A stretch of DNA of 63,483 bases, counting the filler, from Reticulomyxa filosa (lineage: Eukaryota > Protista > Foraminifera), in NCBI GenBank assembly GCA_000512085.1. It is 24 parts of 24 records of this genome, joined end to end, with 100 filler letters (N's around TTAATTAATTAA, not from the genome) between each part and the next. Parts side by side here need not be neighbours in the genome. Positions count along the whole stretch, not along the records: positions 50,464 to 51,955 come from ASPP01010951.1; positions 52,056 to 53,137 come from ASPP01021544.1; positions 53,238 to 54,238 come from ASPP01019626.1; positions 54,339 to 57,912 come from ASPP01019851.1; positions 58,013 to 59,012 come from ASPP01032873.1; positions 59,113 to 60,132 come from ASPP01044618.1; positions 60,233 to 63,483 come from ASPP01034580.1; 17 more parts are not named here. One strand, given 5' to 3'. The notes below the pieces were generated by a model that worked only from the letters and a program-made list of their open reading frames with translations, did no database searches and was not told the DNA's origin. Positions within the stretch are counted from its first letter, which is position 1; every line of letters begins with the position of its first letter. The translations under genes and the position numbers were made by a program. Below are positions 50,959 to 63,483 of this stretch, piece by piece.

Positions 50959-51878
50959 TATATAAAAAGGGGCCAAAACATGAAAAGAGCCACAAGTTAA
51001 AAAAAATTGGCAATCATCCAAACAGACACGTGCTGTTTGCGAGAGTGCGTAAGACAAGCGCTGTTGCGGTTGCGTCAACGGACGAAAAGACGACAGAGAC
51101 AGAACAGAACATAAATGGAAGTGTCCAAGACGAAAAATTGGCAGATGCAAAACAAGAAAAAGCCCCAGAAGTGTCTCAGCGCAATGGCAGTGCGATAACG
51201 ATCTCTAGCCTTACAGCCGCAACGCTGTTGGCCAACGATGCGAACAAAGCGTCCAAGAATGCGAACCAATTGCCCAACAAACTCACACCCAAACAAATAG
51301 TACTGCAGTTTTGCTCTCTGAAGCAATTCAAGCCGCCCGAAGAGGAGGTGCATCACAATCCAAATGACAAGGAGCGCATGTTTAGCTGTAAAATTACATT
51401 GTCCGATCTTTTTCCATTGGAAAAGAAAGTGTGGATTACTACCAATGCGGAAATGCAAGATGGACTTGTTAACTTGTATGTTCAAGTGCTGTGGAAATTA
51501 TATCAAGTTTTGTTTGTCATAGAATTCTATTTCTCTGTTTCCTTTTGCTTTCTTCACAAAACTGTTTTTTTTCCTTTCCCCCTCTCAATCTCTTTTCCAA
51601 AGGAAAACAAAATCGAAAGAATGCCAAAACAAGAATGCAACAAAGAGATTAAAATTGAGACAGACACAGACACAGACACAGACACAGACAAACATTCTTG
51701 GAGAAGGGCCGCACATGTTATACCCAGACTTCATATCCCAACTGCTTTTCAAGGGTCGTTCACTCAAAGCGCGTGCTATTGCTATGCAATTACCATTTCC
51801 GACTATCGCACTAATGTATTTGGCATTGTCACGCCTCGTCCCATCGCTCCTCATTTTCTCACAAATATTCAATTTGAT
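50729..51878 (+). CDS. Dicer-like protein, internal fragment (HELICc - DUF283/dsRBD-like - platform start); exons 50729-50922, 51026-51506, 51603-~51878
   Basis: Exon missed by the ORF track: GISEKRQQDIIDKFRQGKVQCLVTTPAVNGELCIPHCSLIIRFD. Then PKQIVLQFC..PP..FSCKITLSDLFP..LWKLY and CYCYAI..FGIVTPRPIAPHF. Intron phases are consistent. Confidence 0.72.
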
Positions 51879-52055
51879 GTTTCGGACTTTTAATTAAATT
51901 TTTTATAAAAAAAAAAAAAAAATTAATTGGAGGGGGGGAATATGTATACGTACATNNNNNNNNNNNNNNNNNNNNNNNNNNNNNNNNNNNNNNNNNNNNT
52001 TAATTAATTAANNNNNNNNNNNNNNNNNNNNNNNNNNNNNNNNNNNNNNNNNNNN

Positions 52056-52091
<36 letters not shown>

Positions 52092-52106
52092 GTTATTTAA
52101 AAAAAA

Positions 52107-53101
52107 TCATGCCTGTGTTCGAGCCAACACAAACTTCAAAGCTTCTGACCACGTTTGTATGGTATTGAGCTGTTCTTTTGTGAGAACGAGATTCAGACTG
52201 TTGATTGATAGCATCGACTCGGTTCGTGGCTTTTGTGGTGATGGCACTACGCTGTCCTTTTCTCTGGGTGCAGTGTTATCATTAGCCTTTGAAGGTGAAT
52301 TGGAGTGAACATCTTCTGGCTCGATGATGCTTCCATTTAAGTGCACCATGAATTCCAAGGACATGGGGGATAGAACCAGGTCGTAGTCGGGGTTGGAATG
52401 ATCGTGACTTGGGAGTGTCTCCAGCAACTTTGCCATTTGCTCTTCCGACAATGTCTCGTCGCTCCAGTACACCTTTCGATCTTCTTTCAGCATTTCACTT
52501 ATCGACTTTCGACGTTGCATGTTTGGATTGTTATGACTCGGACTGTGATTGGCAGATTGATATACACGGACACATTGTGGATATTGATTTGCTTGCCTAT
52601 TGTAGGTGGATTCTCTTCGCGTTTGGATTCATTCTCCTTTTCCGAGGTTTGTCTTTCCTTGTCGTCGTCATCGTCATCGTCGTCGTCGTCGTCGTTATCG
52701 CCGTCTTCATTGTTGTCGTTCTCATTTTTATCATTGCCTATTCCAAACACACAAGATGCCAGCCCATTGAAATGGAGTCCTCGTTATTCCAATACGAGAG
52801 TTGAATATTCTCAAAACATATCCTTTTTTTTTTTTTTTTTGTGAGTAAACAGAAAACTCTTGTTTTTAGCATTATTATCGATCGCATCGACGTTCACGAC
52901 GGACAGCTTTTCGACGGTCACTCCGACAGCAAAAGGGTGGAAAGGGACTGTTGTGAAATCTTGGTATCGAATGTGGACATGAGTAACAGTCAATTCAAAG
53001 TTGTTGACAAAGCGCTTCAACAGCGACTCGATTACATGTTGACTCGATGACTTTCCCTCATTCAAAAATTTCCATTCAACATTTTTCATTCGACGCTCTG
53101 C
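52107..53101 (-). CDS. VPS13: VPS13/chorein-N family lipid transfer protein, N-terminal fragment (frame breaks present)
   Basis: SLLKRFVNNFELTVTHVHIRYQD...PFAVGVTVEKLSV. Further on, LVLSPMS and SLNLVLTKEQL. Confidence 0.75.
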
Positions 53102-54363
53102 CTTTTTATTTATTATTATTGTTATTATTGTTATTATNNNNNNNNNNNNNNNNNNNNNNNNNNNNNNNNNNNNNNNNNNNNTTAATTAATTAANNNNNNN
53201 NNNNNNNNNNNNNNNNNNNNNNNNNNNNNNNNNNNNNACCAGTGTGACCTTCTAAAATTCTTAACAATTTAAAGAGTTTAACCTATATTCATTATATATA
53301 CATTTATATTAAAATGCAAAATGTAAACAGAAAAAAAAGACTTAACATATTTGAAGACAATTTTATCAAATTCATTAATCCAACCTAATTTAATATCCAA
53401 AAATCGAGTCCAATTTTGAATAATTATTTGGATTTGTTTTTCTGTCTGTTTTTGTTAATTGAGAATGTTGTTAATACATTACTATTCTATGGAAGACTTA
53501 CCAAATGTACTTTTGTTGTCTTTTCGTTGTCAGCAGTGCTCATTCCTTCAACTTTTTTCTTTTTTAGAAAAATGATTAATTATTCTGAACTTTCGAACTC
53601 TCCTTTTCTTTGTAGAACTAGTTCAAAATCGGTTATAGTCTTTTTTTAAATATATCTTTAGAAGAAAAAAAGAAATTCGTATTAAAAAAATTAAATTATT
53701 TTCTTCAATTAGCGATTTTATTTTAAAAAAGGATATTCGAGAAATGAAATAGTATCACATTCACATAAATTTCATATAATATCTTTTCCAACTGTGATAA
53801 ATTATCCTATTTTACATCAAGAAAACATGTACACATTCATGATTAAACTTTGATTATTAACAAGGTGAAAATTTTGTTTTTCAAACTTTACGTAACGTTG
53901 TAGTTTTTGGCCAAATCCCTTCAATTAGAAAAAAAGTTCCAAGTTTGTTTACGTCCTTTCAAAAGAAAGAACAACTGAGTTAAATGGGCAATCCTATCAG
54001 TAGAACAGTGACTTCAACACAACTATCAACAGTAAGTTTCATTTCAATACACACTTCAGAAAACTAGCTGTTAAACTTGGTTACGTGTAATTTAAGATAA
54101 ATCAGAAGAAAAAATTAAATCAATTGTTAAATATTGGATTCGAAGATCAAATATTAAATTAGGATGGATTAACGATTTTGACGAAATTGTCGCCAATTAT
54201 GTTATGATTATTTGCTCTTTTCATTTTAATCGCAAACGNNNNNNNNNNNNNNNNNNNNNNNNNNNNNNNNNNNNNNNNNNNNTTAATTAATTAANNNNNN
54301 NNNNNNNNNNNNNNNNNNNNNNNNNNNNNNNNNNNNNNCAATGACAATGACAATGACAATGAC

Positions 54364-55005
54364 ATGGACAGCGATAGCCACGATCGTTATGGCGGATGCG
54401 TGTATATGGACAATGCTTATCGCGTCGTCCGACTCACTTACGCTGGATATTGCTTTGGCGTTCATGACAAGCGGTTCGATACCATGGCCGTCAAATGTTT
54501 GTCCAGTCTGTGGCTGCGTTTGTGCGTGGACATGACCAGTGTCAGTGGCATTTGGTTCGTTCCAGATACTTTGGCTCCGATTCATCGTCATCCTTTGAAA
54601 GTACTTACTCAATCGTGTATTACTAATACTATCAATAATTATTGTTATGTCAAAGATCAAATGTGTTTTTTACGACAGTTGCTTTGTTCGTTATGTTCCT
54701 TAACGAAGCACGCTTTTGCACGCTTGTGCAAGGAGAGAGACAGAGACAACTATCGTCGTCGCAATTGCTACACTCCTATGCAAAGCAAGTCCCGTGTCCA
54801 TGGTGCTTCCGCTGCAAAGGTTCCATTTGCATCTACGTCTACGTCTACGCCTACGCTTACAGTTGTGAATGTGGCTATGGCCAAGAACAAGACAGATGTC
54901 AATGCAAACAGCAAGACGAGTAGACAAGCAAGCGATGATACTTGCAAAAACATTGTAATGAAGAAGAGTCCATATGTAATAATAAAAGAAGATGAAGAAG
55001 AAGAA

Positions 55006-55042
<37 letters not shown>

Positions 55043-55563
55043 GTGATGATGATAACGATGATGATAAAGAAGAAGAGAAAAAAGCCGAGGAATCGTTTCC
55101 TGAAACCTCCAATCAAACAAAATCAAAAAACAACTTACACGAAAAGTGTCATGAAATGTGGCAAATATGGCACACGTTTGTGTGGAAATACATAATGTTC
55201 TTCTATCCGACAGTGCAAAGTCTGAGCAAAGATCATGCGATTATGCAGGCGTGGAAGGCCTCGTTTCCCCGTGAAGGGACTCTGACTCGGGAACGTTTGG
55301 TCGATTTGGTCACCGAATTCATGTTCGATACCATTGTCTCCAAACATTACATTTTGAAACATCTTCTCGAGTGCATGGTGCAGTATCACTCGCAACAATC
55401 CAATCCCACTTTGTGCACCTTCTCCTTGACAGATCGCTCCAAACGAGAATACTTGAACATGTATTGCATGTTGCAAATGATCCAAAACCAGCTAGCTCAG
55501 CTTTTTGTTGACACTTCTTCCATTGCTCGTTTTACCACGTCGCTACTCCAGCATTATGTTTGA
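54364..55563 (+). CDS. Lipoxygenase-fold-like protein (probably lacking iron ligands), 5' partial
   Basis: HPLKVL..TINNY, MWQIWHTFVWKYIMFFYP..SKDHAIMQAW, TRERLVDLVTEFMF..SKH. Acidic poly-Asp insert. Confidence 0.5.
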
Positions 55564-56262
55564 TCAATATATCTATATGTGTTTTCTTTCTTATTTATAT
55601 ACATGTGCATATATGAATGTATGTATATGTTAATAGGGCTCCAATGAGACAATCCAGAGCATTTGCCGAGAATTACATTCTCGTATCTCCTTGGTGCTGT
55701 AATTTATTTTACCTTTTTTTTTTCTTCGTTTATTGTAGTATTTCTTTTTTTCTCTTAAAAAGAAAAAATCTCATGATTGTACGCAGCTTTTATTATTGTT
55801 TATTTTTCATTTGTAAGAACTTCAAAGACTTCGGGTTCCGGTGAACAACTGAATATCTTTTATTTGTTTTTGTGTGTGTGGTTTTGTTGATTATTGGGTT
55901 TTTTCTTTGTTGCTTCTTTTGTTGGTATTTTCCTTCACCGTTTCATTTCGTCCTATTGAGAACGGTTTGTTTATTCGTTTCTTTATGTATGCCATAAGAA
56001 CATATCTTTTTTCTCAAATTCCATTGTAACTATTAGAAGTAAAACCGGAACGTATTTAATTATATGTTGTGCGTAAAATATATTGATATTGCAATCTGTC
56101 AACACCTCACACTATACAAATTCATTCATAAATAATGTTGTTTTTCAAACATATAGATAGCTTAAAGTTTTTGAAAAAAAGTGATCTTCTTTGTTGAAAA
56201 TACAAAGTTTGAATTTAAAGTTATGAGTTTTAATTTTTTTTTTCTTAAAAAAAACTTCAAGC

Positions 56263-57669
56263 ATGGCAAACATATCACTCTCACATTTGCCAGCGCATTC
56301 ACATGTTCATGTATATCCAACCTCTCACAGTCTCTTGTTATTACTTTTTCTGTTGCTGGCCTCGCAAGTCCTCACTTTTGAAATCTATGCTTCTCACTTG
56401 CCTTTTTCGTCTTTTTAAAAAAGAAAACAACGGCACAGCCCAACCTTTTTTGAAAAACGAAGAAAAATCAAAAATGTTAGGCGGGTATTGTGTATTGGAA
56501 AAAAAAACACGAGCAATCGTATTTTGTGGTAACGTTGATCGGATTATGGCTGTTTCCGTTCTTGTGGAGTGTATATTCAAGGTTCTATCGGATGATATTT
56601 GTTTGGTGCATATTTTCATCGATTATGTATTTCTTGTATCGGTTGGCCAATAGCAGACCGATGGGAAGTAAAACACCGCGCTACGTGTATCAATGGTTTT
56701 ATTCGTGTTACAAAATATGTAATATCCTCACAATCAGTGGGTATATTCTTTTAATTTTGGAACTTTTCGGTTTGTTCTTTTTTTTTTTTTTGTGATTTAA
56801 AAAAAAGGGGAGATCATTTTTGAACTGAACACACAAAAAAAAGGTCTTGTTTTTTTTGTATCTCTCTTCTTTCCTCTTTCCTCTTTCCTCTTTCCTGTTC
56901 AAGGTGTCCCGTTGGTGATAACCGAGCAAAGCGCAGTAGAACTGGGTTTAATGTTGCTATTTTATGGCTTGTATTATGGTGTATTATCTCGTGACACAGC
57001 ACAACTGTGCACGAAAGAAATAGCGAATACGTTAGGATTTTTTGTTGAGGACGGATTGGCAAGGAAGAATATTCCAAGTCATATATGCGCGGTCTGTAAT
57101 GAATTGCTCACCTATCGTGATGAGGTGTCTTCACAACGAACCACAGAACGAAGAGGACATTTATTGAGACATTTACAGCAAAGAGGTCATCCTACAGCGG
57201 CGTCTGTTGATACAAAAAGTGATAACAATACTAGTACTACTATGCAGGTGGCAGAGCAAATGGTTGAAAAAGTTGCTAGCAAATTAGGTTTGTCCAAAAA
57301 GAAATGTTATTTGAAAAAAATAAATAAAATAAAAAAATTAATACATAAATATAATAAATGATTAAAGGAGAAAATGAGAACGAAATGCGTTTGTCTTGTG
57401 GACATCATTTCCACGACTTTTGCATACGTGGTTGGGTGATGATTGGAAAAAAATCAATATGTCCAGTTTGTCAAGATAAGGTAAACATGTCTGAAGTATT
57501 CGCAAATCCATGGCATAAACAGGATCGAATGTGGTCACAACTATTGGATGTGTTAAGATATTTCATTGTTTGGAATCCTATTGTTTTTGCCATGGCTCAA
57601 CTTATATTTTTTATCACTGGCATCCAAACTCAACAAACTGTTGTTCATCAAAACATTAATCCCATCTAA
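56263..57669 (+). CDS. RNF121: RNF121/RNF175-family transmembrane RING-H2 E3 ligase (4 exons; intron 1 56368-56480)
   Basis: VTLIGLWLFP, TPRYVYQWF, LLFYGLYYGVLSRD, ICAVC, LSCGHHFHDFCIRGWVMIGKKSICPVC, NPW...LLDVLRY. Confidence 0.92.
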
Positions 57670-58329
57670 TTTATCATATATTATGTAACATTATTTTTTA
57701 TTATCAAATTTAGTTTTGTAAGTCCACAAGCTGCTGTTACGTTTTTTCAAAAAAGATGATTGACTAATTTTCTGTTTTCAAAAATGAATTAGTTGAAACT
57801 TATTAAAAATCTCTAAAATATGTTCCAAAAAAAAAAGTTGTTCAAATAAGGTTTTTGATGTAAAGTTCAGGTAGGGAAGACACAAGAGTTGTTTTAAGAT
57901 TGAACCTAGAACNNNNNNNNNNNNNNNNNNNNNNNNNNNNNNNNNNNNNNNNNNNNTTAATTAATTAANNNNNNNNNNNNNNNNNNNNNNNNNNNNNNNN
58001 NNNNNNNNNNNNTTTTTTTTACAAAAATAGCTTACTTATTCATTTTACTCGCCTTTTAGTTCATACGATTATGACGTGTAGAAATAATTTTTTTTGTTGA
58101 ACAACTTAATTTTACAATATATACGCCTACAACATCAGTGGTCAATTTGTGTGTTATAATGTGTGTTTTGTTCCTGCTACTTAAATTGATTAATGATGTG
58201 TGGTTTTCCAAAGTTTGATTATCTGAATCAAGTCTTCAGATAAGATACGAAGACATATATAAGTTTCCAAACTTAAACGCCTTACTAGTAGAGTTAACTT
58301 TGACATTCCGCGTAGATGTGACTGCATGT

Positions 58330-58913
58330 ATTGCATCATCGAGTTATTTCTTAAGGCTTGAGCATTCATAATTCTTTCAATATTCGCCGACCATCGATAT
58401 TACAATGTAACCAAAGAACAATGCGAATAAGTCATTCGATATATGACAATGACTTTTTCCACCTTGTGCACCAGGATTTCAATTTTTTTCGTCAGCGATT
58501 CATAAGTCACTTTTTCGTCATCTTGTTTCTATAAAAACACACAAAAACTAATTATACGTAATGTTTTTAGTTTTTTTTAAAGAAGTATACTACTTTTTAA
58601 AAAACTAACTTTTTCTTCTTCGGTTAATGGTATATCCAAACATTCTTTGGTAACGCAAACCGATTTCTTTCCATCATATTCTCGCAATGGTTGGGCCGCG
58701 GATACGTCGATATGCTCTAAAAATAAAACTTCTAAGTCTATCTTCTTCAATGCTTCCAAAAAACGGCGACAATTCTACATTTGCTCTCGATTCACATGTA
58801 ATGTAGTAAGTGTGCTTTTGGTTTTCCTTCAGTTTGCAAACATATTCTTTGAACGACGTGAGTTATTCACTAGATTTGATCGAGTGATATCTCGCTTTCT
58901 TTGGAACAAATAA
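58330..58913 (-). pseudogene. HSP90: HSP90 middle/C-domain pseudogene fragment
   Basis: LEALKKIDLEVLFLEHIDVSAAQPLREYDGKKSVCVTKECL and KVEKVIVIS, with stops and frameshifts. Confidence 0.8.
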
Positions 58914-59321
58914 CAACTCAAACATCTTTTTTTTTTGTCTTAAAAAAAAAAAAAAAGGCAGCAACACTTCCACCCCCACCCGTATGTACGTATATCCAAA
59001 ATAAATAAAAAANNNNNNNNNNNNNNNNNNNNNNNNNNNNNNNNNNNNNNNNNNNNTTAATTAATTAANNNNNNNNNNNNNNNNNNNNNNNNNNNNNNNN
59101 NNNNNNNNNNNNCGAAAAAAATTTTCCCTAAAAAAAAAATTTGGTTTCCGGGCCTTCTTCTTGCTTTCCGAGCCTTTCCTCGCTCGGAGCATTCGGCTCC
59201 TCGCGTTGTGTCTCTGCGCATGTTAATCCGCCATTTGGGCATCTTGCCCTTCCCTTTTGTCCCGTGTCCCCGATTGTGATATTTTATTTTATTTTTTATT
59301 TTTTTTTAATTGCAATATTTG

Positions 59322-59860
59322 CGGACGGAAGTTGCAGGAGCAGGATTGGTCATCCAAGATCCATAAGCAATTCGACAAGCATTGGAAAAAGTTCAATTCC
59401 AGTACAGAGATGAAAGAGTGTAAATTTGCTGTGAATGCGATTCGCAACAAGTACAATTCAGAAACTTATAACTTCCCAACTGCAGAATGCCAAAGATTGA
59501 TGGAGACAATGGCGTTCCTGAATTTATTGGACATTCTGGCATTCCTGGAAATGAACGAGCAGATGCAGTGGCATCAGCCTGAATTATTTAGATAAATCGG
59601 CTCCATTTTTCACAGGAGAATGGAATTGACATTGGACAAATGATGGAAATGAAATGGAACCACACAAGTGTTCACATTATCAAGGACTTAGAGAAACATG
59701 GCAAGCAGCAATTAGGAATTTGTTGTCGCATTTTCAATTCAACACATCGAATCTGAGAAGTTTGGTGATTGGAGATAAGACATGGGAACCCGAAACAAGA
59801 ATAAAAATTGTCAAAGAACTTGTGAAGTTCATCGTGGCAACTGAAGAATTATTTAAGATA
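59322..59860 (+). other. Broken coding-like segment, possibly a retroelement C-terminal remnant
   Basis: Two ORFs. HKCSHYQGLRETW resembles the H-x-C-x-Y-R end of LINE ORF2 proteins. Weak. Confidence 0.25.
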
Positions 59861-62558
59861 TTTTTTTATCAAATTTTTTTAAGATTTTGGTACAAATGTT
59901 TCTTTTTAAATTATTGCAAAAAACGCCTAATTGGTTGTTTGGTTTTATACTTGTATTTTTCTTTTGTTTTTTTAGTGCCATGTCCTATTTTGGACCAGGT
60001 GTTTTTTACTCTGGGGATGTAGAAAGGGCTAAAACAGCGATGAATGGAGGATGAAGCAAGGAGTAGTCTGACACCTTCCTTTTCTGGTTGTTTCTCTTTT
60101 GGTTGTGCCAATGCATTATTGTAATTTTGATTNNNNNNNNNNNNNNNNNNNNNNNNNNNNNNNNNNNNNNNNNNNNTTAATTAATTAANNNNNNNNNNNN
60201 NNNNNNNNNNNNNNNNNNNNNNNNNNNNNNNNAGTTATCAAATGCCGGAGTTGTTCAATTACAACAATCTGACCACCTAGTTAAAAAAATGTCTTTACAA
60301 AAATAATGAACCACATAATGTGTTTTCCTTATATCAATTAAAGGGTATATAAAAAAAAAGAACCCAGCAGCAGAAGTGCCGACATATGTGAAAACGATGA
60401 TGCACGCAAACGAGGAATATCCACTGGCAGATAACATTGAAGTGAAATTTGAACTAGAGAAAAAGGAAGAGCACAATCGAAAGAGGAATACATTGGAATA
60501 TAGCAAGAAAAATACAGCCAGTCGAATCGTTTAATTAATCACAATAGCAATGATAATGATAACAATAAGTATGACTGTTATACTAGCAATAAAAATTAGA
60601 ACAATTTTTACCCGAGCGATTTGGAATTACAATCTACTCGTTCGAATCAGGCATTCGCAATTGGAGTACTTTCGAATGTACAACACAAGGTACACATTAA
60701 CTTGAATAAAAACGTCAGCACCACTGCAAACATCAAACATGAGACGACGTATTACCTGCAGCTGCTCTTGCAACTTCTACATGAAAATATAGTAACTTCC
60801 TTACATTTTTGATTCTCACATTGACTCTCGTTATTACCAATTTAATGCTTTTGTATAATTGGATCGTTGATTGCGTACGTCGAAATCAACCTTTGTATTT
60901 TATTGAATATAATATCCCCTTTATGAGTTGCTGTGCAACAGAGAGATGATAATCCGGCGCTAAGCATTTTTACCTCCAAATTGATGATAAGGAAGATTTA
61001 AATGAGATCATACGAAGATTCACTTTTGCTCTCTGTTTGCAGTTGTATTCATCACTGAAATCGGCAAAAGAAATAACAATATAAAAATTTCGTACTCAAG
61101 AAAACAGTTTTCAGCTGCAGTCGCATTTTTGATCCTTCTTATTATCATCACCATCTCAGCCACTATTGGATAGTGTGTTGGCCGTATAAAAATTCCAGAC
61201 TTTACTAGCGTTTTCTGCAGCTTTTGGATAATATTTGTATTTTTTTCTATCGCTATTGCTAACACTTCTAAGCATTTGTAAGAATGCAATTGGTGCAATA
61301 TATAGGCTGTTGATTACTGTGCTTGTTTTTTTTCTCTTCTCCAAGTGTATTTTTCCCTACACAATTCATAATAAACACTGTCATTTGTTATTGTCTTTCT
61401 ATTGATCACCTCTTTCAATCAGGAAACAAATTACACTACGTATACTGCATTCCTATCTTTCTTCTCCTTTTCTTGCTGGGTGTTGATGGTTACATCCTTT
61501 AATTTTGGGCAGAATGATTTGGAAGCAAAGAGTGAATGTTCTTCGTTTAGATTTCCTACACTTTGCTGTCACAATTTAAAAAAGTAAAATCAAATTGTTG
61601 AAACATTAACCGAAGTCATTTTTTTGTTTTATGCAGTTTTTCTTAATCGTCAATAAACTTTTTTTGACACATTATCTGGGAACATCTTTCAGAGATGATG
61701 AGTAGTAAAATTGGAAGTTGTTTAAGTCATGACACTCAAATTTTCTCAATCTCTTGTGGAATGTCTGCTGCTGAAAAGAACTGCGCAAAATGTAATACAA
61801 AAGGTTGATTAGGTCTCCTGAATAAACTTTCAACAAAATGAAATTTGATCTAGAATAAACAAGTAAAAGTAAGAAAAATAAAAGACTGATGAGTGAATTG
61901 AGTGTGAACCAGAATAAAGGGAGTTTTGAGGTTCACTTGGATTTCTGACAATGCTTAGTACTACACGTACTACGCTCTTGTTCAGTAGTTTTGGTGCTGT
62001 TATTGAAATACTATTATATTGAATACAATTTGTATGCGAGTTTTGACCTAAAAACGAATTGTTTCTGATAATATCCTTTTTCTCTTCACAGACAACAGTG
62101 AACGTTGAGCATTTTCACCCACTTACCCCGACATGGGAAAAAGCTCGCAAGAAGGTGAACCAACAATTTAAAGAAATTTTTTTTGAGGGAAAAAAATCAG
62201 CAAGAACAAAGCAACACACCAAACGTGCTTAACAAAAAAACCAAAAAAAATGAACAAACAAAATTATCATAACCTTCAAATTCACAAAGGGAAAAACATT
62301 GTCATTTCTGGGCACATTCAAGGAACCACAACACTCAACTAATTTCAAAAAAAATTGAGAGGGTTTAAAAAAAGAAAGGCAAAAAGTTCACGTCAACAAA
62401 AATAACAAATTGGTGCAATTGTTCAACAAATGAATAATAATAATAATAAAAAACAAATGACCAAACATTTTATTCAAAAAAAAAAAATTATAAAAAAAAA
62501 AAAAAACTGAGATATATTATTGAATAAATGAAGCTCGAACCGATTCCATAAAGAGATG

Positions 62559-63420
62559 TCATAAAGACAGGGAGTGCAGAACAAAATAGGGCAGAGGAGT
62601 TTTGTTGTTAGGATTGAGTTTTTGCAAGCAAGTGACAAGTCTGGTGGAGATGTTATCTTGACCAACAAAAACGCAATCTGCAACAGGCCAAGACTTGTAC
62701 GGTTGATCAGAGTCAGAAAAGGGAGTGAGACTTTTCCATTCTTCGGTTTTTTTTGAATTGGAATTAAACACTAATGTGACATAAGGCTGTTTGGATCGGA
62801 ACATATGATCTTCACTGCGACTCATAATCAAGTACGACATGCCATCGTTTGTCTTCACCGACAAAGTGGCGATCCAGTCTTTGCTATCGTTTCTGGGTTC
62901 AGTTATCGTGTTTAACTTTTTCAACTCGACAGGTTTATCCGTCAATTGATAGCAAGTCAATTTTCGACTGCAGACGTATAGACAATCATGCGCTTTATCC
63001 CATTCTAATAAAAACGATTCCAATTTGTCGCTGCGATGTCGCTTTAACGGCTGAAACACGAGGCTGTCTTTTCCACCTTCTTGCACTCGCTCGTGCAATG
63101 ACAACACGTCACTCAATAAACTGTAATACAAATTCTGACAATTGCCATTCGTCAATACAATATACTCGTTCCGACATACACATATGCTGTGCACCGGCGT
63201 CGGCTGTGCTGTCACACGAATGCTGTTGCATTGCGTCCATTTCTGACTCTTTCTCTCAAACACAACCAAGTTCGATTTGCAATCGCCCGCCAACAACACG
63301 TTGTTATCCGAGGCAAAGTGCAGTGATATCACCTTCGCGTACTCGCAAGATCGCACCATTCGGTGGCGCGACAACTGTCCTTTCGCGAGGGATTTGTTCA
63401 TTGTCAGCTTTGAACTGACA
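62559..63420 (-). CDS. Beta-propeller (WD40-like) protein, last exon (5' partial)
   Basis: 280-aa ORF. VISLHFASDNNVLLAGDCKSNLVVFE and PVHSICV..YIVLTNG. Confidence 0.55.
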
Positions 63421-63444
63421 AATCCTGCATTAAATGAGGGTTTT

Positions 63445-63483
<39 letters not shown>

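Noticed and set aside
3185-51878. Apparent immune island (OAS-like, RNF213-like, NACHT-WD40, Dicer in one window)
   Set aside because: The genes sit on different contigs joined artificially, so no physical linkage can be inferred.
6335-60232. Regularly recurring TTAATTAATTAA flanked by N-runs, superficially a repeat array or CRISPR
   Set aside because: It is an artificial six-frame-stop contig linker.

Overview
This is AT-rich, intron-containing eukaryotic nuclear DNA. It consists of 24 short, unlinked contigs joined by 23 artificial 100-bp spacers (44 N + TTAATTAATTAA + 44 N), so gene neighbourhood only means something within a contig. The divergent type-2 alpha-tubulins, WD40/NACHT family remnants and (TA)n/poly-A/poly-T introns suggest a foraminiferan such as Reticulomyxa filosa (inference). 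Recognisable genes are an OAS/cGAS-like nucleotidyltransferase, a PUF protein, PP1 inhibitor-3, Nup93, an MLLE-domain protein, an RNF213-like E3 region, two convergent alpha-tubulins, a soluble fumarate reductase, a Dicer-like fragment, VPS13, a lipoxygenase-like protein and RNF121. There is also an HSP90 pseudogene, Tc1/mariner elements and LINE remnants. The best candidate for an undescribed system is at 3185-4918. One 84-nt intron there joins an OAS-fold nucleotidyltransferase to a C-terminal Z-alpha-like winged helix, giving a putative Z-RNA/Z-DNA-coupled second-messenger synthase in a protist. All family calls are by-eye motif recognition, not database results.
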